NCBI GenBank assembly: GCA_001642005.1
Contig: LWCA01000309.1
Location: 1 to 32,973 of the forward strand
Direction: 5' to 3'
Source: Intoshia linei
Taxonomy: Eukaryota; Animalia; Orthonectida
DNA length: 32,973 nucleotides
Part shown: positions 1 through 12,074 of the stretch, in pieces
How the letters are laid out: the number at the start of each line of letters is the position of its first letter
Position numbering within the stretch: the stretch's first letter is position 1
Made by a program: the position numbers and the translations under genes
The notes under the pieces: generated by a model
The model's database searches: none
What the model was told of the DNA's origin: nothing
What the model saw: only the letters and a program-made list of their open reading frames with translations

Positions 1-289
1 CCCCAGGGTTTTTTTAATCCTTTTTATATAATTTTTTGATAATTGTGTATCATTTAACCCCATCTTCCATGTATGGAGTGCCAGTTTTGTATTTTTGCAA
101 AAAAGTGAAAAAATTAACACCCCTTTAGAGTTTCTCATGAATATAAATTTTATTTTCATAAATATAAATTTATTTTTCAACAATATAGATTTTTAAGTAA
201 ATACTACTAAATGTAATTAATATTCAAAGTTCGACGAATAAAACAAGTGATTTCTAGATAGTAATGATAATTTTACAAGAATTAAAATT

Positions 290-490
290 ATACGAAAGTT
301 CTTTCTGGAATTTTTAAATAAGTATAAGATTTATAGAGTATTTGAGAACAGGCCAATTATTGTAATGGATAATGTGAGGTTTCACCACTGTGCGGAAATA
401 ATTTCTTTCTTGAGAAGAGAAAATGTAGAACAAATATTCTTACCACCCTATAGTCCTGACTTGAATCATATTGAAAACTTTTCAGCATAA
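290..490 (+). mobile_element. Tc1/IS630-superfamily (DD34E) transposase remnant in an intron of the kinase gene
   Basis: The + frame through 365 reads ...RPIIVMDNVRFHHCAEIISFLRRENVEQIFLPPYSPDLNHIENFSA*. This contains the MDN and PPYSPDLN-IE motifs of DDE_3 transposases, with 34 residues between D and E. It is truncated and no TIRs were recognised. Confidence 0.85.
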
Positions 491-677
491 TAAAATCACG
501 TAACATGCGTCCTAGGGCTAACACTCCAATTAGTTTAGAAGAAATTAAAACAAAGCGATCTTTTTATCCAAAAATTTATATTGTTGAAAAATAAATTTAT
601 ATTCATGAGAAACTCTGTAATACACATACTATATTATAATACGCTAAAAACTAATATAAAAAAGACTAATACTGTAC

Positions 678-2129
678 CTAATTTTTCATTTTTGACATTA
701 ACCGCTAAAAACTCCTTGCATAATCCAAAATCGCCAATTTTAATGACAAAATCGAGCAAAAAATATTTGTAATCAACACTAGAAATGTTGGAATCAGTTA
801 AAAGACTATCTGCGCTTAAATCCTTGTTAAATTTTTTGGAAGAGGTAGAAATAAAAATATTGGTACATTTCAAATCACGATGTAGAATATTATTTGAATG
901 TAAATAATTGACACCAGAAATGATTTGATTACAAATGGATAAATTGACAACATTATCAGATTTATCAATTTCTTTAATGATACCATTTCTAGTTAATATC
1001 CAATTTTGAAGAGTAGAATGACACAACTCTGTTTGAATGCATAAAGTATGATGAAGGCGTTTTTCCGGAGATACCTTATTATCAGATGAACTAGAATTTG
1101 ACGTGTTAACTTGGTTATCAAAATCCACATTCATTATATAAGATTCGCTGAAAGATCCAGACTCATAATCCGAGTTTAAAATTTCTTCAAAATCAGCATT
1201 AGACCAAACCAACTCAACCCATGACGAATAATAACGAATTAAATTTGCATGATCAATTTTGGATAAAAATGTAATTTCCCGATACAATTCATCTAAACTT
1301 TGATAGTTAATGTTACATATTGAGAATGGGATAAATTTAATGGCGTAAAGTTGTTTGTCTAATCGGTTTCTAGTTGAAAATACAACTCCGTAAGCTCCAC
1401 TACCAATTTTGTTGAAATTGTCAAAATCGTTTTGACTTCTAGTGTAAAAAATGTTATTTTTTTTTTGAGAAATTTGAGCGATTTCTTGGTGCAGTAAATT
1501 TGGTGGAGTAGGAATGTTTGGGTCAAATAAATCATCCACGTTGGTGTTGTTTACGACTGTATCAATAGCGCTGTTAAATAACAATGAAAAATGTGAAATG
1601 TAGGATTTTCTGATGGAAGAAAATATTTCAATTTCTTGAATACAGTAAGGTAGAATTTGCATTTTGCATAATTCGTTAATTATGCACATAAATAGACGGT
1701 TTTTTGTAATGTCGCAATTTACATGTAATTCACATATTCTTTCTATTAATGCCAATATAAATATATGGCCGGGATTGAGATTTATTTTTTCATCCGCGTT
1801 TTCTTGTTTGTCTACATATATACCACTGTTTTGGTTGTATTGTTGAATGTTTTTTTTTATTGGTAATTTGGTTAAAAATTTCTTGATGTTTTCTTGTCTG
1901 TTGCTATTTGTTTCTTTTCCATACTGTTTCTCTATATCTGATTCGTTCATCCAATAGCTGTCTAGGAATATTTATCATTTTAAATGAAAAAATTGCATAT
2001 AAAATAATAAAATAAATTAAATTCACAAAATGGACCTTCAAATTCATGATATGGTGTAATATTTGCTACCTCATCTTCTTCGAGAGATGAAATTTCATCC
2101 AGTGATAAACTTTGAGAAAAATTTGACAT
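678..2129 (-). CDS. EIF2AK1: eIF2-alpha kinase, HRI/EIF2AK1-like; 5' two exons only, gene continues beyond the left edge
   Basis: Exon 1 is 2129-2027 (MSNFSQSLSLDE...EGPF), then a 65-nt GT-AG intron 2026-1962, then exon 2 at 1961-678 in frame, ending at donor GTACAG. Kinase motifs: IGSGAYGVV, YAIK, REITFLSKIDHANLIRYYSSW, an acidic/Ser kinase insert, LCIQTELC, HRDLKCTNIF, KIGDFGL. The N-terminal HIFILALIERICELH...LFMCIINELCKMQIL...FSSIR matches the HRI N-terminal helical domain. No TM, RWD or dsRBD region is visible. Confidence 0.85.
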
Positions 2130-2534
2130 TGGTTCAATGTTATGAATGAATTCACGTAATAAAAAGTATAATATCGTTGCAACTTGCAAGTCAAAATTGT
2201 AAAATTAAAAATAAAACTAAACTAAACCTCATAATGTATAACTTTATTTCAGACTAAAATTTTCAATATCAAATTCAATTTATGAATTTACAAAATAAAT
2301 TAAATTTAACAATTCATTTCAAATTTATACAACTTGCTAAATTCTAATAAAAAATTCGTGAATGCGTTAATTCCAATTAATTTATTTAGAAGCTTACGTG
2401 TAACTCACAATTGGTTCACATGGATCATGCCAATCACCGCCCAATGCATTTAGAATACAATAATGTAGTATTTTAAATTATAAATTGAAAAATTTAACTT
2501 TATTTTATGAAGTTTATTAAAAATTTAAATTTAA
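2130..2534. promoter_or_regulatory. Putative bidirectional promoter between the HRI-like kinase and HIRA, with clustered CCAAT boxes
   Basis: Divergent ATGs at 2129(-) and 2535(+) are 405 nt apart. A locally GC-richer patch carries CCAAT at 2373, 2430 and 2441, ATTGG at 2410 and TACGTG at 2395. Confidence 0.6.
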
Positions 2535-5500
2535 ATGAAGTTGTTCAAACCGGAGTGGGTTTCACATGATGGTATTTTATGTGGTTTATTTGAAAATTAT
2601 TAACTTTGTAGGTAAACCAATATTTAGTATTGATTTTCATGTAGATGGAAATCGGTTTGCTACTGGAGGATTGAGTAATATATTTTTATGAGAATAAATG
2701 ACTAAATGTACGTTATATAAGATATTTGTACGATTTGCTTTGAAATTTTTATTATTTGTACATATTTTGTAATTATAAACAATATTTTTGACATTTATTT
2801 TTGTACCTTTTTATCAAATTTTATATATCACTTTATGTAATATGCATTTTTAGGTTCTAATAATACAGTCGGATTAATCAATATATGGAATGTTGATCCT
2901 TTGCACTCCTATTCTCAAGAAATGGATAGTAAAGTTCACAAATTGTTATGCACCATGGATAATCATTTAGGTTTATTTTCTTTACTAACGTATTTGTTTT
3001 GATTTAAATTATTTATCCTATGAACTATAAGCTAGGATGTTAAAACTTTCTTTGGTGAGTATTTTTGCTAATTAAAATTTTCATTAAGATTCGAAAATAT
3101 ACTGATTGGTTGAGTTATTTTTACTTTGCTGTTTTATTTGAGTCGTTGAATTGTGTACATTAGGGTTGGCAATAGATAATAATTTATTGCTAAATTAATT
3201 ATTTACTGTAATTAAAAATGTAAGTGCTTATTTATTTGTTTGTTCCAGTTTATTTAAGAAAGTACGAGGCGTAGAGTTTTAAAAATAACAATTCTAATAT
3301 ATATTTATATGTAAATTTTTTTAAAATACAATGTGTAATCTTTATCGCAAATTTCATTTTCAGAAATTCAGTTCTTTAAAGTCAAAAACCCAATTAATTT
3401 TTTTAAACGAGTCCTAGAAGTACAAAAAATACACAATCTGATAAAGATTTTTAAATCATCTCCATTATGATAAATTTCAGTTTCAAAATCTTATTATCTT
3501 CACGGCAAATCCAATTGATACAATGTTACTTAGAAAGGGTATTTTCTGCTACCAGTAATGTAATTACTAAATGTCGATCAAGAATATACGCACATGTCGT
3601 TAATGCATTGATATTCTTAAAATACCATTTCAAAAAATAATATAAATATGCTTAAATAAATTTAGAGATTAAATTATTTTTGATAATTAAACAAAAGGTA
3701 TCGGTAATTTACCGGTAAAAATTTATACGTTAAATTGTTAACCCTGGAGTGTATATTTAAAGAATATGTACACGAAGAATCTTCATTAAAATGATTACAT
3801 ATTTTTTTAATAACTATTCTAGGTTGTGTAAATTGTGTCAGATTCTCGCATGATGGAAAATTTTTAGCATCTTGCAGTGACGACAGACTGGTCATGATTT
3901 GGAAACAAAGTAACATGTATATTTCAACTGTTTTTATATTTTATTGTAATTTAATTCTGTTAACTCAATCAAGACAATTTCCTTTATTTTAAATGAAATG
4001 TTTAGTGTAGAGTCTACACCATTTATGATAATGTTTATCATTTTAAAAACTATCCCACAATATATGTTTAAAAAAATTTAGGATATCTTTGATTTTTAAA
4101 AAAGGGTAATTTATGGTTTTGACCATGAAGGTATGCCTTTTTGAGGCTGAGATTAACGAAAATATTAATGCTTTTAAAACACGTTTCAGACTATGTGTTA
4201 TTAAATTTTTAGGTTGATTTTGGGCTGATTTTTTTTAAGCTAAAGGGGAAATTGTGTTTTTGAACCTGAATGAATAAAAACACGTCCTGGAAAAAACTGT
4301 ATTAGAAGTTGGGTTTTTTATAAATCCTGCGACTGTCAATGTATTCAATAAAGGATTACACACACAAACATTCATTTTTATATAAGTAAAGGATGATATT
4401 CTAATAATATATTATGATATATTTTACTAAGGGGCGTTAGTTTAAAAAATATTTGTGAAACTCTGGTGTAGACTATTACAAATAAAGCATTGAATGTTAG
4501 TTTTTTTAATTTCAGTTGGCTACCTGATAAAAATATATTTCATGGCGCTTTGTTTGACGAAGGCTAGCATAATAATATACTTGTGTTTCATAGTGGTCAC
4601 TGACAACTTTAACCCTTTCACTGTCTGAAACATTCATATCATTTTAATTTCCAATTGGCATATAATTGTTGTGTCGGCTCATGAGCTCTTATACAGTGCA
4701 GTGATTTCATTAGTATCTGATTATCTAGAATTAATTTAAATTATATAATTATACTCTTATTTCATTTAGGGTATCAAAATGTTCTCAAAATTTAACAAAC
4801 AATAAGAATATTGTTGAAGAATGGAAATGTTGTCATATTCTTCGATCACATCAAGGAGGTTTTAATTTTAATTTTAATATTTAAATTTTTTAAAGATGTT
4901 TTACACATAAGCTGGTCGCCAAATGATTTATATTTGGCGTCATGTAGTGTTGACAATTCTGTTATTGTGTGGAATACTCAAAAATTTCCTGAAATTATCC
5001 ATACATTAAATGGTCATCATGGAATTGTTAAAGGTGTAACATGGGACCCAATTGGAACATTTATGGCTAGTCAATCGGATGACAAATCCATTATATTATG
5101 GAGAGCAGATAGTTGGAAAATAGAACAAAAAATTACAAAACCATTCTTGGAGGTATATAATATTGTAAATGTGCGGTCTGTAGATCCTAAATACAGCCTT
5201 TTACTGAAATTTTTTGATTCTAGCTGTTTAATGCTAATTATTTGGGTGCTTCACATTTTGAAAAAATTTAAGTTATAAAACTACTTTGGGTACATTCATC
5301 TTCATTTATGGGTATGTTTATCTTCATTAGGGGGCGATAGTTCAAAAAAGTTTGAGATCCCTGGTATAGATTGTGCTACAATTTAAATGTATTAGTTTTG
5401 CTACTTCATTAATTCCCTTCATTTAATACTTTTTCATTATCGTTTAATTGTAAGTGATAAGCTTTGTTTAAAAAAAAGTATTACAGTTAAACACGTTAAA

Positions 5501-8500
5501 CGCAAACTGTTTTGAAATTTGAAATTGTTATATGGAATACAGTAATAATTCCATTATACACACGTCAAACTTTTAACATTGTGAAGTATTTTTTGATGAT
5601 GATTCATACTAAGATGACAAAATTAGGATATGTATTATTTCCTGCACGAATGTTATATTATTTTGAAATAATAACATCAGAAATAAGAAAAGGTGTAACA
5701 ATTTAATTTTCAATACTACACTGCGTTCCAAGTTATTATGCAAACATTAAAAACATTAATAATTTAAAAAGTAGTCACTTAATTCTATTAATTTTTTATC
5801 ATAATTTAATCATTTACCATATACAATTTTATTGTTACAAAAAAAAATTTATCACGTTTCCAAAAAAGCATTCTATATAACATTTTATATTTTTGGGTAA
5901 TTTTTAGTGTGCCAAATTATTATGCTAATCAAAATTTAGGATAATTATAGGTAAATCCACTTTACTTACTGTTGACGAAAAGGATAAAATTTTTAAAATG
6001 TTGAATAACGGAATATCGATAAATGAAATAGCTTCAAATTTAGAACGCGATCATCGCACAATCCGTCGATATATAGAAAACCATTCAAACAAGAGAAAAA
6101 GAAAGGCAAAGGGATCACTCAAGGAGTATCTGTTAAAGATATATCCATATTAAACTAGAAATGGTTCGAAACCCTCTTAGCACTTCTCTAGAGATATTTA
6201 AATCATCAGGATTAACTGATATACCCAAAACTACGAGATGCAGAATATTAAAAACGGTTGGTAAAATCAGTCATGCTAAAGGTAAACCAAGTTTAACCAA
6301 ACAACACCTGGAATTTACGATGATTCTGGGCTAAAAATTACATGAAGATAAATTTTTCAAATGTAATTTTTGCCGATGAAACCAGAATATCTTTAGATGA
6401 GCCAGATTCGTGGAGTAAGAGTTGGTTAGTGAATAACAGATCACCACCAAACCGTTTAAGGCTGCATCAAGGGATGGGAGTATAATTATTGGGGCAGGCA
6501 TTGTGAAAGACACTATTATTGGACCTTTAAAGTTAGATGATTGAGTCAAAATGAATCCTGAAACATACTACGCGTTTTTAAAAAATAACGATTTTTCGTG
6601 GATAAAAAAAAGAGGAAAAAGCTTTCTTAAAATTTTTATTTGTATGCATGATAATGCCAGAAGTCACGCATCCCGTCATACAAAAGAATATCTTTCATCA
6701 AATGGCTATGGATCAGAAAAAATAATGTGTTGGCCGCCAAATTCTCCCGATCTTAATTGTATTGAAAATCTATGGTCAATAATTAAAAGAAAGATATACA
6801 GTGGGAATAAACAATACCAATCAAAAAACGATATATGGCATGCAATTTTGACAGAAATCGAAACAATCGATGCAAAAACAATTGAAAACTTCACGAAATC
6901 CATGGATAAACGACTTTTTCTTGTAATATCCCGGAAATGGGGTATAATAATATGTAAACTTTAATTACATTTTTTTTGCGTGAATTTGGTTTAAAATACA
7001 ATGGATTATATTATTTAAATATTTATGTATTCGTATTAACATTGTAATTATTGTTTAATATTCATTTGCATAATAATGTGGTACACCAAAAATCACAAAA
7101 TTTTCTTAAATCTTTGTGTATTCATTTTTTTGGAATACATTACATTTTTCTTGGGACGTTAAAGTATTATTAGTTGAATATATAAATATGTTAAAAAAAT
7201 TAATAGAATTAAGTAACTACTTTTTAAATTATTAATGTTTTTAATATGTTTGAATAATAACTTGGAACGCAGTGTACATTGTATTGTTTTATCTACAGAG
7301 TGCATATATTATTTATAGTGATGTAAATTATAAATTAAATTCATGTAGTGCTCTGGTACAACTCATATTCTACGATTGGATTGGTCTCCAGATGGAAAAT
7401 TTTTGGTATCGGCACATGCCATGAATAATGGTGGACCGGTAGCTCAAATTATTAATCGAGATAATTGGTTGACTAAAACGGATTTTGTTGGTCACCGAAA
7501 GGCTATTACTATTGTAAAATTTAATAAGAAAATGTTCTTTAAGTCTCCCAATAGAAAATACCCACTTTCATTGGATAATGTTAATTGTTGCTTAGCCTTA
7601 GGAAGTAGAGATAGATCTATTTCAATTTGGGTATGATTTTAAAAGTTTCAATAAAAATTTAATAAAATTTTAGATTTCTGGGTTTAATCGACCCATCGTG
7701 GTTATTCATGATTTATTTAATAACTCTGTTATGGACATATCTTGGTATATCTACAGTGACATTAGTACAATATATAATGTAATGTACATTAGGGTAGTCT
7801 TTGCTACCCCATTTTAATAATTGATAAATTTTGCGACCTACATCAAATTAAAACAGATTCATTTTTAATTAAGGGACACCCAAATGTACAATTTCAATAT
7901 TTTGTATTGACTTTTATTGTCTGGTTTACATGTATTTATTAATAAAAATAGGTCTTCTGATGGATACAGCCTGATAGTATCTTCCTTTGATGGATCTATA
8001 GCATACATTTCTTTTTCTGAACAAGAATTAGGGCATTGTTTATCAGATACTGAAAAGGTACATTGTGTTTAAAATTTAAATTAGCGTGTTATGTATTTCT
8101 GAATTTATTTTCATTAGACTAGTAGTTGCCTAAGTCGTCAACAGGAAATTCTAGCTGATCTACATCAAAAATATTAAATAAAATGAAGGGAGCATTTTTT
8201 AACAATATCATTAAAATATTATATATTATCGACATATTATAATAATTATTAGTGAACGTCAACATCATTTTATCAAAATGAAGTGAATATTACTGAATAA
8301 CGTGAATAACTTTCATGTTGTTTAAATGTAACTTGAAATGTAATTTGAAATTACCTCCCATGGTAAAAAATGTTTGGGAATACCTCGGTTAGTTATATAA
8401 AAAAATTGGAAATATTGTATATTTTATACTGAGAGAACTAGCATTTGTATGGTATTGATTGACTTATCCAATTTTGCATTTTTTAAATTTTTGACAAAAT

Positions 8501-11070
8501 ACATGGACTTATATTCTATTGTAAAAATTATAGTTTCATTTTTAGAAAACGTTAATGGAAAGTGTGTACGGACATTCTTTAATTACACCCAAACAAAAAA
8601 CTATAAACATGAATTTACCTATTGCCGAATCAAGCGACATGTTAAAAAAGATTCAATTACAAAAAACGGAACAACCTGAACAAAAATCTGTTAAATTTTT
8701 TGATCGTTTGGTAGTGTTTTTAAAAAATTATTACTTTTTAGTTTTTTCATTTTTTTGTTAATTAATGTTCAGTATCAATACTAAAAGATTATATTTATTT
8801 CCATTGTTTTTATATTGGTGTAACACCTTTAAACCAAATTATTATCCTCGACATTTAATCTTATTTTTGAATGGCTTTAACTTAGCTACTATGTGATTGA
8901 TGAAAATACAGAATTATTTTAAATTTTACATTTAACGATACATTACACCTTAATAAACATAATTGTAAAGATTTGTCATAAATTATATTGGGATATTTTT
9001 ATATTTTAAAAAATATTTATAATTTAGAAACAAAAGATTGTAACAAAACAATATGAGGTCAAAACAAAAGACGGTAAACGAAGAATAAAACCTGTTAGTA
9101 TTATTGAAAATACTGCTATTGATAACATAGTTTTTAAACACAGTGATTCTCCGGTAATGTTTTTACTTTTTATGTTAATGCTGTAATTTAGGTTACAAAC
9201 AACATAATGCAAAATATACCTAAAGAGTAATTATAATTAATAATTTACAAAAAAATGGTTTTACTGTTTTATTGGTTTTTTTATATAGTAATACCAATGC
9301 TAGGAAAAACAAATTAAAATTTCATATATATGATCTTGAAAAAATTGCTAAAAATACAAATACTTCTAAATTGGATGTAAAAAAAGTAAACACTAGCCAC
9401 GAATTAACCTCTGATGATTCAAAATGTAAACTAAAAAAAAGATCTAGTATTCAATTGGATAGTGCTGATTCCATTGCAGTTGATATGAATTCTTCTCATG
9501 ATGTCGTTTGTAGTTTGCCAGCGAAAGAAGACTGTGATGTAAGTGTTTTGTTTCTTTTTTTATTTCTATTTAGATTCAAAATGAAACTGCCTTTTTAAGT
9601 GCTGTTATTGATGCTTTATCTACTGTTTTGGATGAATTTAATTTTTTTGTAATTAATTTTATTGATTTGTATATATTATTTTTTTTAGGTTAGTGAAAAA
9701 TGTTATTTAAAGTGTGTAAATAAAAGCGTGTCCAACAAATGTCGTATAGCATTAATTACCTTGTTTGAGAATTCTACAGAAAAATTCCAAATATTTTTAC
9801 CTAAACCAATTTTAACCTTATCTATTACTAGGTATGTTTTGGTTTATTATTTTTAGTTTTGTATTTATTATTTCTTTTAGTTTCGTTTTATGTACAATCT
9901 GTAATGATCAATCAATTCACCTATTCCATCCTAAATCTGGATTCAAAATCCTGCCTACCTTGACTGCTAAACATAAAATATCACGTCTTAAAACTTTGAA
10001 TGAATTTGTTTTAGTTTTGACTGTTAAATTTTACGTGCACGTTTGGTATTTCGATACTTTGTTTATTTGTTTCTATTGATAATTTTACTTTAGGAACGTC
10101 AAAACCAAAAAATCTATTTTATCAGTTTGTGGTCACTATTTATCTTTAGGTGATATTTATTAATTACATTTTTATTTATAATTTTAGAAAAGAAATTTGT
10201 TGATATATTTTTGACTGAAACAGGTTTACCAATTTTGGTATTTTCAAAAAGTACTGTCTATGTATATAATTTCGATTTATTAACTTGGTACTTTTTGTTT
10301 TATTTTTAAAGACTCAGTGATACATCCATAATTTTAAATTTTTTTTACAGTTACCATTGAAATAATGTTAATTCGTGTCACGGGTAATATTTACCTACAC
10401 TACAATTTTTAACTAATTGATTTTTATTGATGCAATAATTTAGGACGCAAGTAAATAGCAGTGACGATATACGCTACATTCTTAAAGACAGCATTCCTTC
10501 TATTGGGATACATGGAAAGCTGGATTATATTTTTGAATCTTGCAATACGTATAGTTTTGTTATGAAAGTTTTTGATAATATTTTAGACAAGTTACTGCCA
10601 GCATTTCTTCCACATTCAATTCTAAATTAGAAATTGAAAATTTCGCTTCCATATCCTATATTGAAAATAAAATTGTGCTCACTAGATCTCTATTCTTATA
10701 TGATGAGTATATTCAATGGATTAAATCGTATATCAAATTTTTGTCAAAATTGGGTATTTTTTAAAAATTTTTTAATCAAATGAACGAATTGATTTAGATA
10801 AACTTATTCATTAATATTATAATAATTTATAATTTATTATTAGGATTTTCTGAAAAATTAAGGAAATGGCTTCACTTTCTAATGAATGAACCTGATATTC
10901 TTGATTGCGTTGTTTCAGATAATGTATTATATACTTGTAGAATTTTATTTACTTATTTGATTTAGAAATCAAAAATCGACTTGCTGAAAGATTTTACCAA
11001 TTGCATTCATATGAATAGCCAACGTATTTTTATCGAGTTTAGAGACACTTTAAACACTTTACAAGACTGA
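2535..11070 (+). CDS. HIRA: Protein HIRA (histone H3.3 chaperone; WD40 repeats, B-domain, C-terminal Hira domain), 22 exons, 895 aa
   Basis: Exons: 2535-2571, 2612-2674, 2854-2970, 3823-3916, 4770-4858, 4896-5152, 7349-7630, 7674-7744, 7952-8057, 8546-8710, 9028-9153, 9192-9226, 9289-9538, 9574-9648, 9689-9831, 9881-10045, 10094-10149, 10188-10287, 10444-10548, 10587-10753, 10844-10923, 10966-11070. All are GT-AG, phases are compatible and the total is 2688 nt. Diagnostic sequences: MKLFKPEWVSHDGKPIFSIDFH, MDNHLGCVNCVRF, VKGVTWDPIGTFMASQSDD, SAHAMNNGGP, DFVGHRKA, GSRDRSISIW, the ASF1-binding B-domain QYEVKTKDGKRRIKP, ISYIENKI...EYIQWIKSYIKFL and QRIFIEF. AATAAA at 11090. Confidence 0.96.
4040..4393 (-). 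mobile_element. Non-autonomous interspersed repeat, Helitron-like family (copy in HIRA intron 4)
   Basis: Clearly similar to 20380-20791 and to the reverse complement of 27629-28070 (e.g. GTAATTTRTGGTTTTGACYATGAAGGTRTGC..TTTGAGGCT.AGATT.ACGA). On the minus strand it begins A|TCCTTTACTTATATAAAAATGAATGTTTGTGTGTGT. The left boundary is approximate. Confidence 0.65.
5719..7274 (+). mobile_element. Full-length Tc1-like DNA transposon, DD37E (TRT-type), ~210-bp IR/DR terminal inverted repeats, in HIRA intron 6
   Basis: The ends read TA|CACTGCGTTCCAAGTTATTATGCAAAC... and ...GTTTGAATAATAACTTGGAACGCAGTG|TA, with TA TSDs at 5717-18 and 7275-76; length is 1556 bp. Inner direct repeats are GTGCCAAATTATTATGCTAA (~5909) and its inverted partner at ~7065-7085. 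A transposase pseudogene lies inside. Confidence 0.95.
5947..6964 (+). pseudogene. Inactivated DD37E transposase
   Basis: The start codon appears mutated to ATA (5947). It reads GKSTLLTVDEKDKI...EIASNLERDHRTIRRY (HTH), RNPLSTS, VIFADET (first D at 6375), MHDNARSH (D at 6650) and WPPNSPDLNCIENLW (E at 6764; 37 residues between D and E). It has several frameshifts and an in-frame TGA at 6542. Confidence 0.93.
7787..7886. mobile_element. 100-bp Tc1/mariner-type MITE in HIRA intron 8
   Basis: TA|CATTAGGGTAGTC...GACACCCAAATG|TA: imperfect TIRs flanked by TA. Similar left-end sequences occur near 3157 (TACATTAGGGTTGG) and 15643 (TACTAGGGTGG). Confidence 0.55.
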
Positions 11071-12074
11071 TAATGTGATTATATTGTAAAATAAATTTAT
11101 TATTATGTATATTTTCAATTAAGATTGTCATTTTTACAAGTCTAAATTTAGGTATTATTTTTAAATGGAGTTTCTATTATATTTTATTATAAACAATTAC
11201 AAATGAAATATAATATTTTAACAGTTCGCGACACCTTAGAGGTAAATTTTTTAAAATTTTATTCAGAATTAATTCAAATTTATTATTAGGTAATATACGT
11301 TTCCCATTAGCGCAATTAGTATCATATCTCAAAATGGTCTACATAACCTATAATTTTTAAATTCAATTTAGATTTTAATAATTGTAAATTTATAGTCTTT
11401 GTTACTATTGAGTTACATATGTGGGTATTTACCCACAAGTGGGTAATTTCATATTTTTCATGGGTAATTGCAAAATTTAATGAAAAAGGAATTTTTACAT
11501 TATTTTGCGCGAATGCACAGTAATGCATAAAATATAATTTTCACATTGAAAAAAATGAAAAAAATTTTTTTTTTTTTTTTAAATAAACTCAGCCCTATAA
11601 ATTAATGTGAAATAATTAACAGTCCTAAAATTAAAAAAAAGATTACTCTGTTAGAGCTTATTCCAGTTGATATAAATACAAAATTTTAACCACAGAAATC
11701 TTCGTATTCCCGGTGAAAAATAATTTTGAATATATAGTTATATTTAAAATTAAGTCAAAACTAAAAATATTTTTAAATATTTTGCATATTTTTCAATTTA
11801 TTAGTAAATGTAATTATAATTTTTGATTTTAATTTTATGGTCATTATAGTTATGAATATGGTTTAAATAAAATATAAAAAATAAAATCAGTTTTTGCTTT
11901 ATTTTTAAATTAATTGGAATAAAAACAAAATACAATTATATTCAATTTTAACAAATGAATGATTCAAAAGTACGTCAACACCCATCATAAATTTGAAATA
12001 ACTCATAATTAGATATAATTTATAATATAATATATAATTAGTTATAAATTTATAGATTTCATCCGATTCTTTTA

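Noticed and set aside
50-100. Minus-strand KTGTPYMEDGVK* resembling the kinase activation-segment GT..Y motif
   Set aside because: There is no SPE/APE, a stop follows immediately and no convincing in-phase acceptor was found. The remaining kinase exons probably lie outside the window.
581-1846. ORFs 581-772(+) and 1664-1846(+)
   Set aside because: They are antisense shadows of the kinase exon with no independent signal.
4609-4630. TTAA|CCCTTTCACTG piggyBac-like end (also AAAGG|TTAA at ~25106)
   Set aside because: No matching partner TIR was found, and the match is too short to call.
3674-9212. ORFs 3674-3916(-), 5512-5706(+), 6331-6549(-), 6706-6903(-), 8449-8679(+), 9024-9212(-)
   Set aside because: They are antisense or off-frame to HIRA exons or the transposase, or are intronic chance ORFs.
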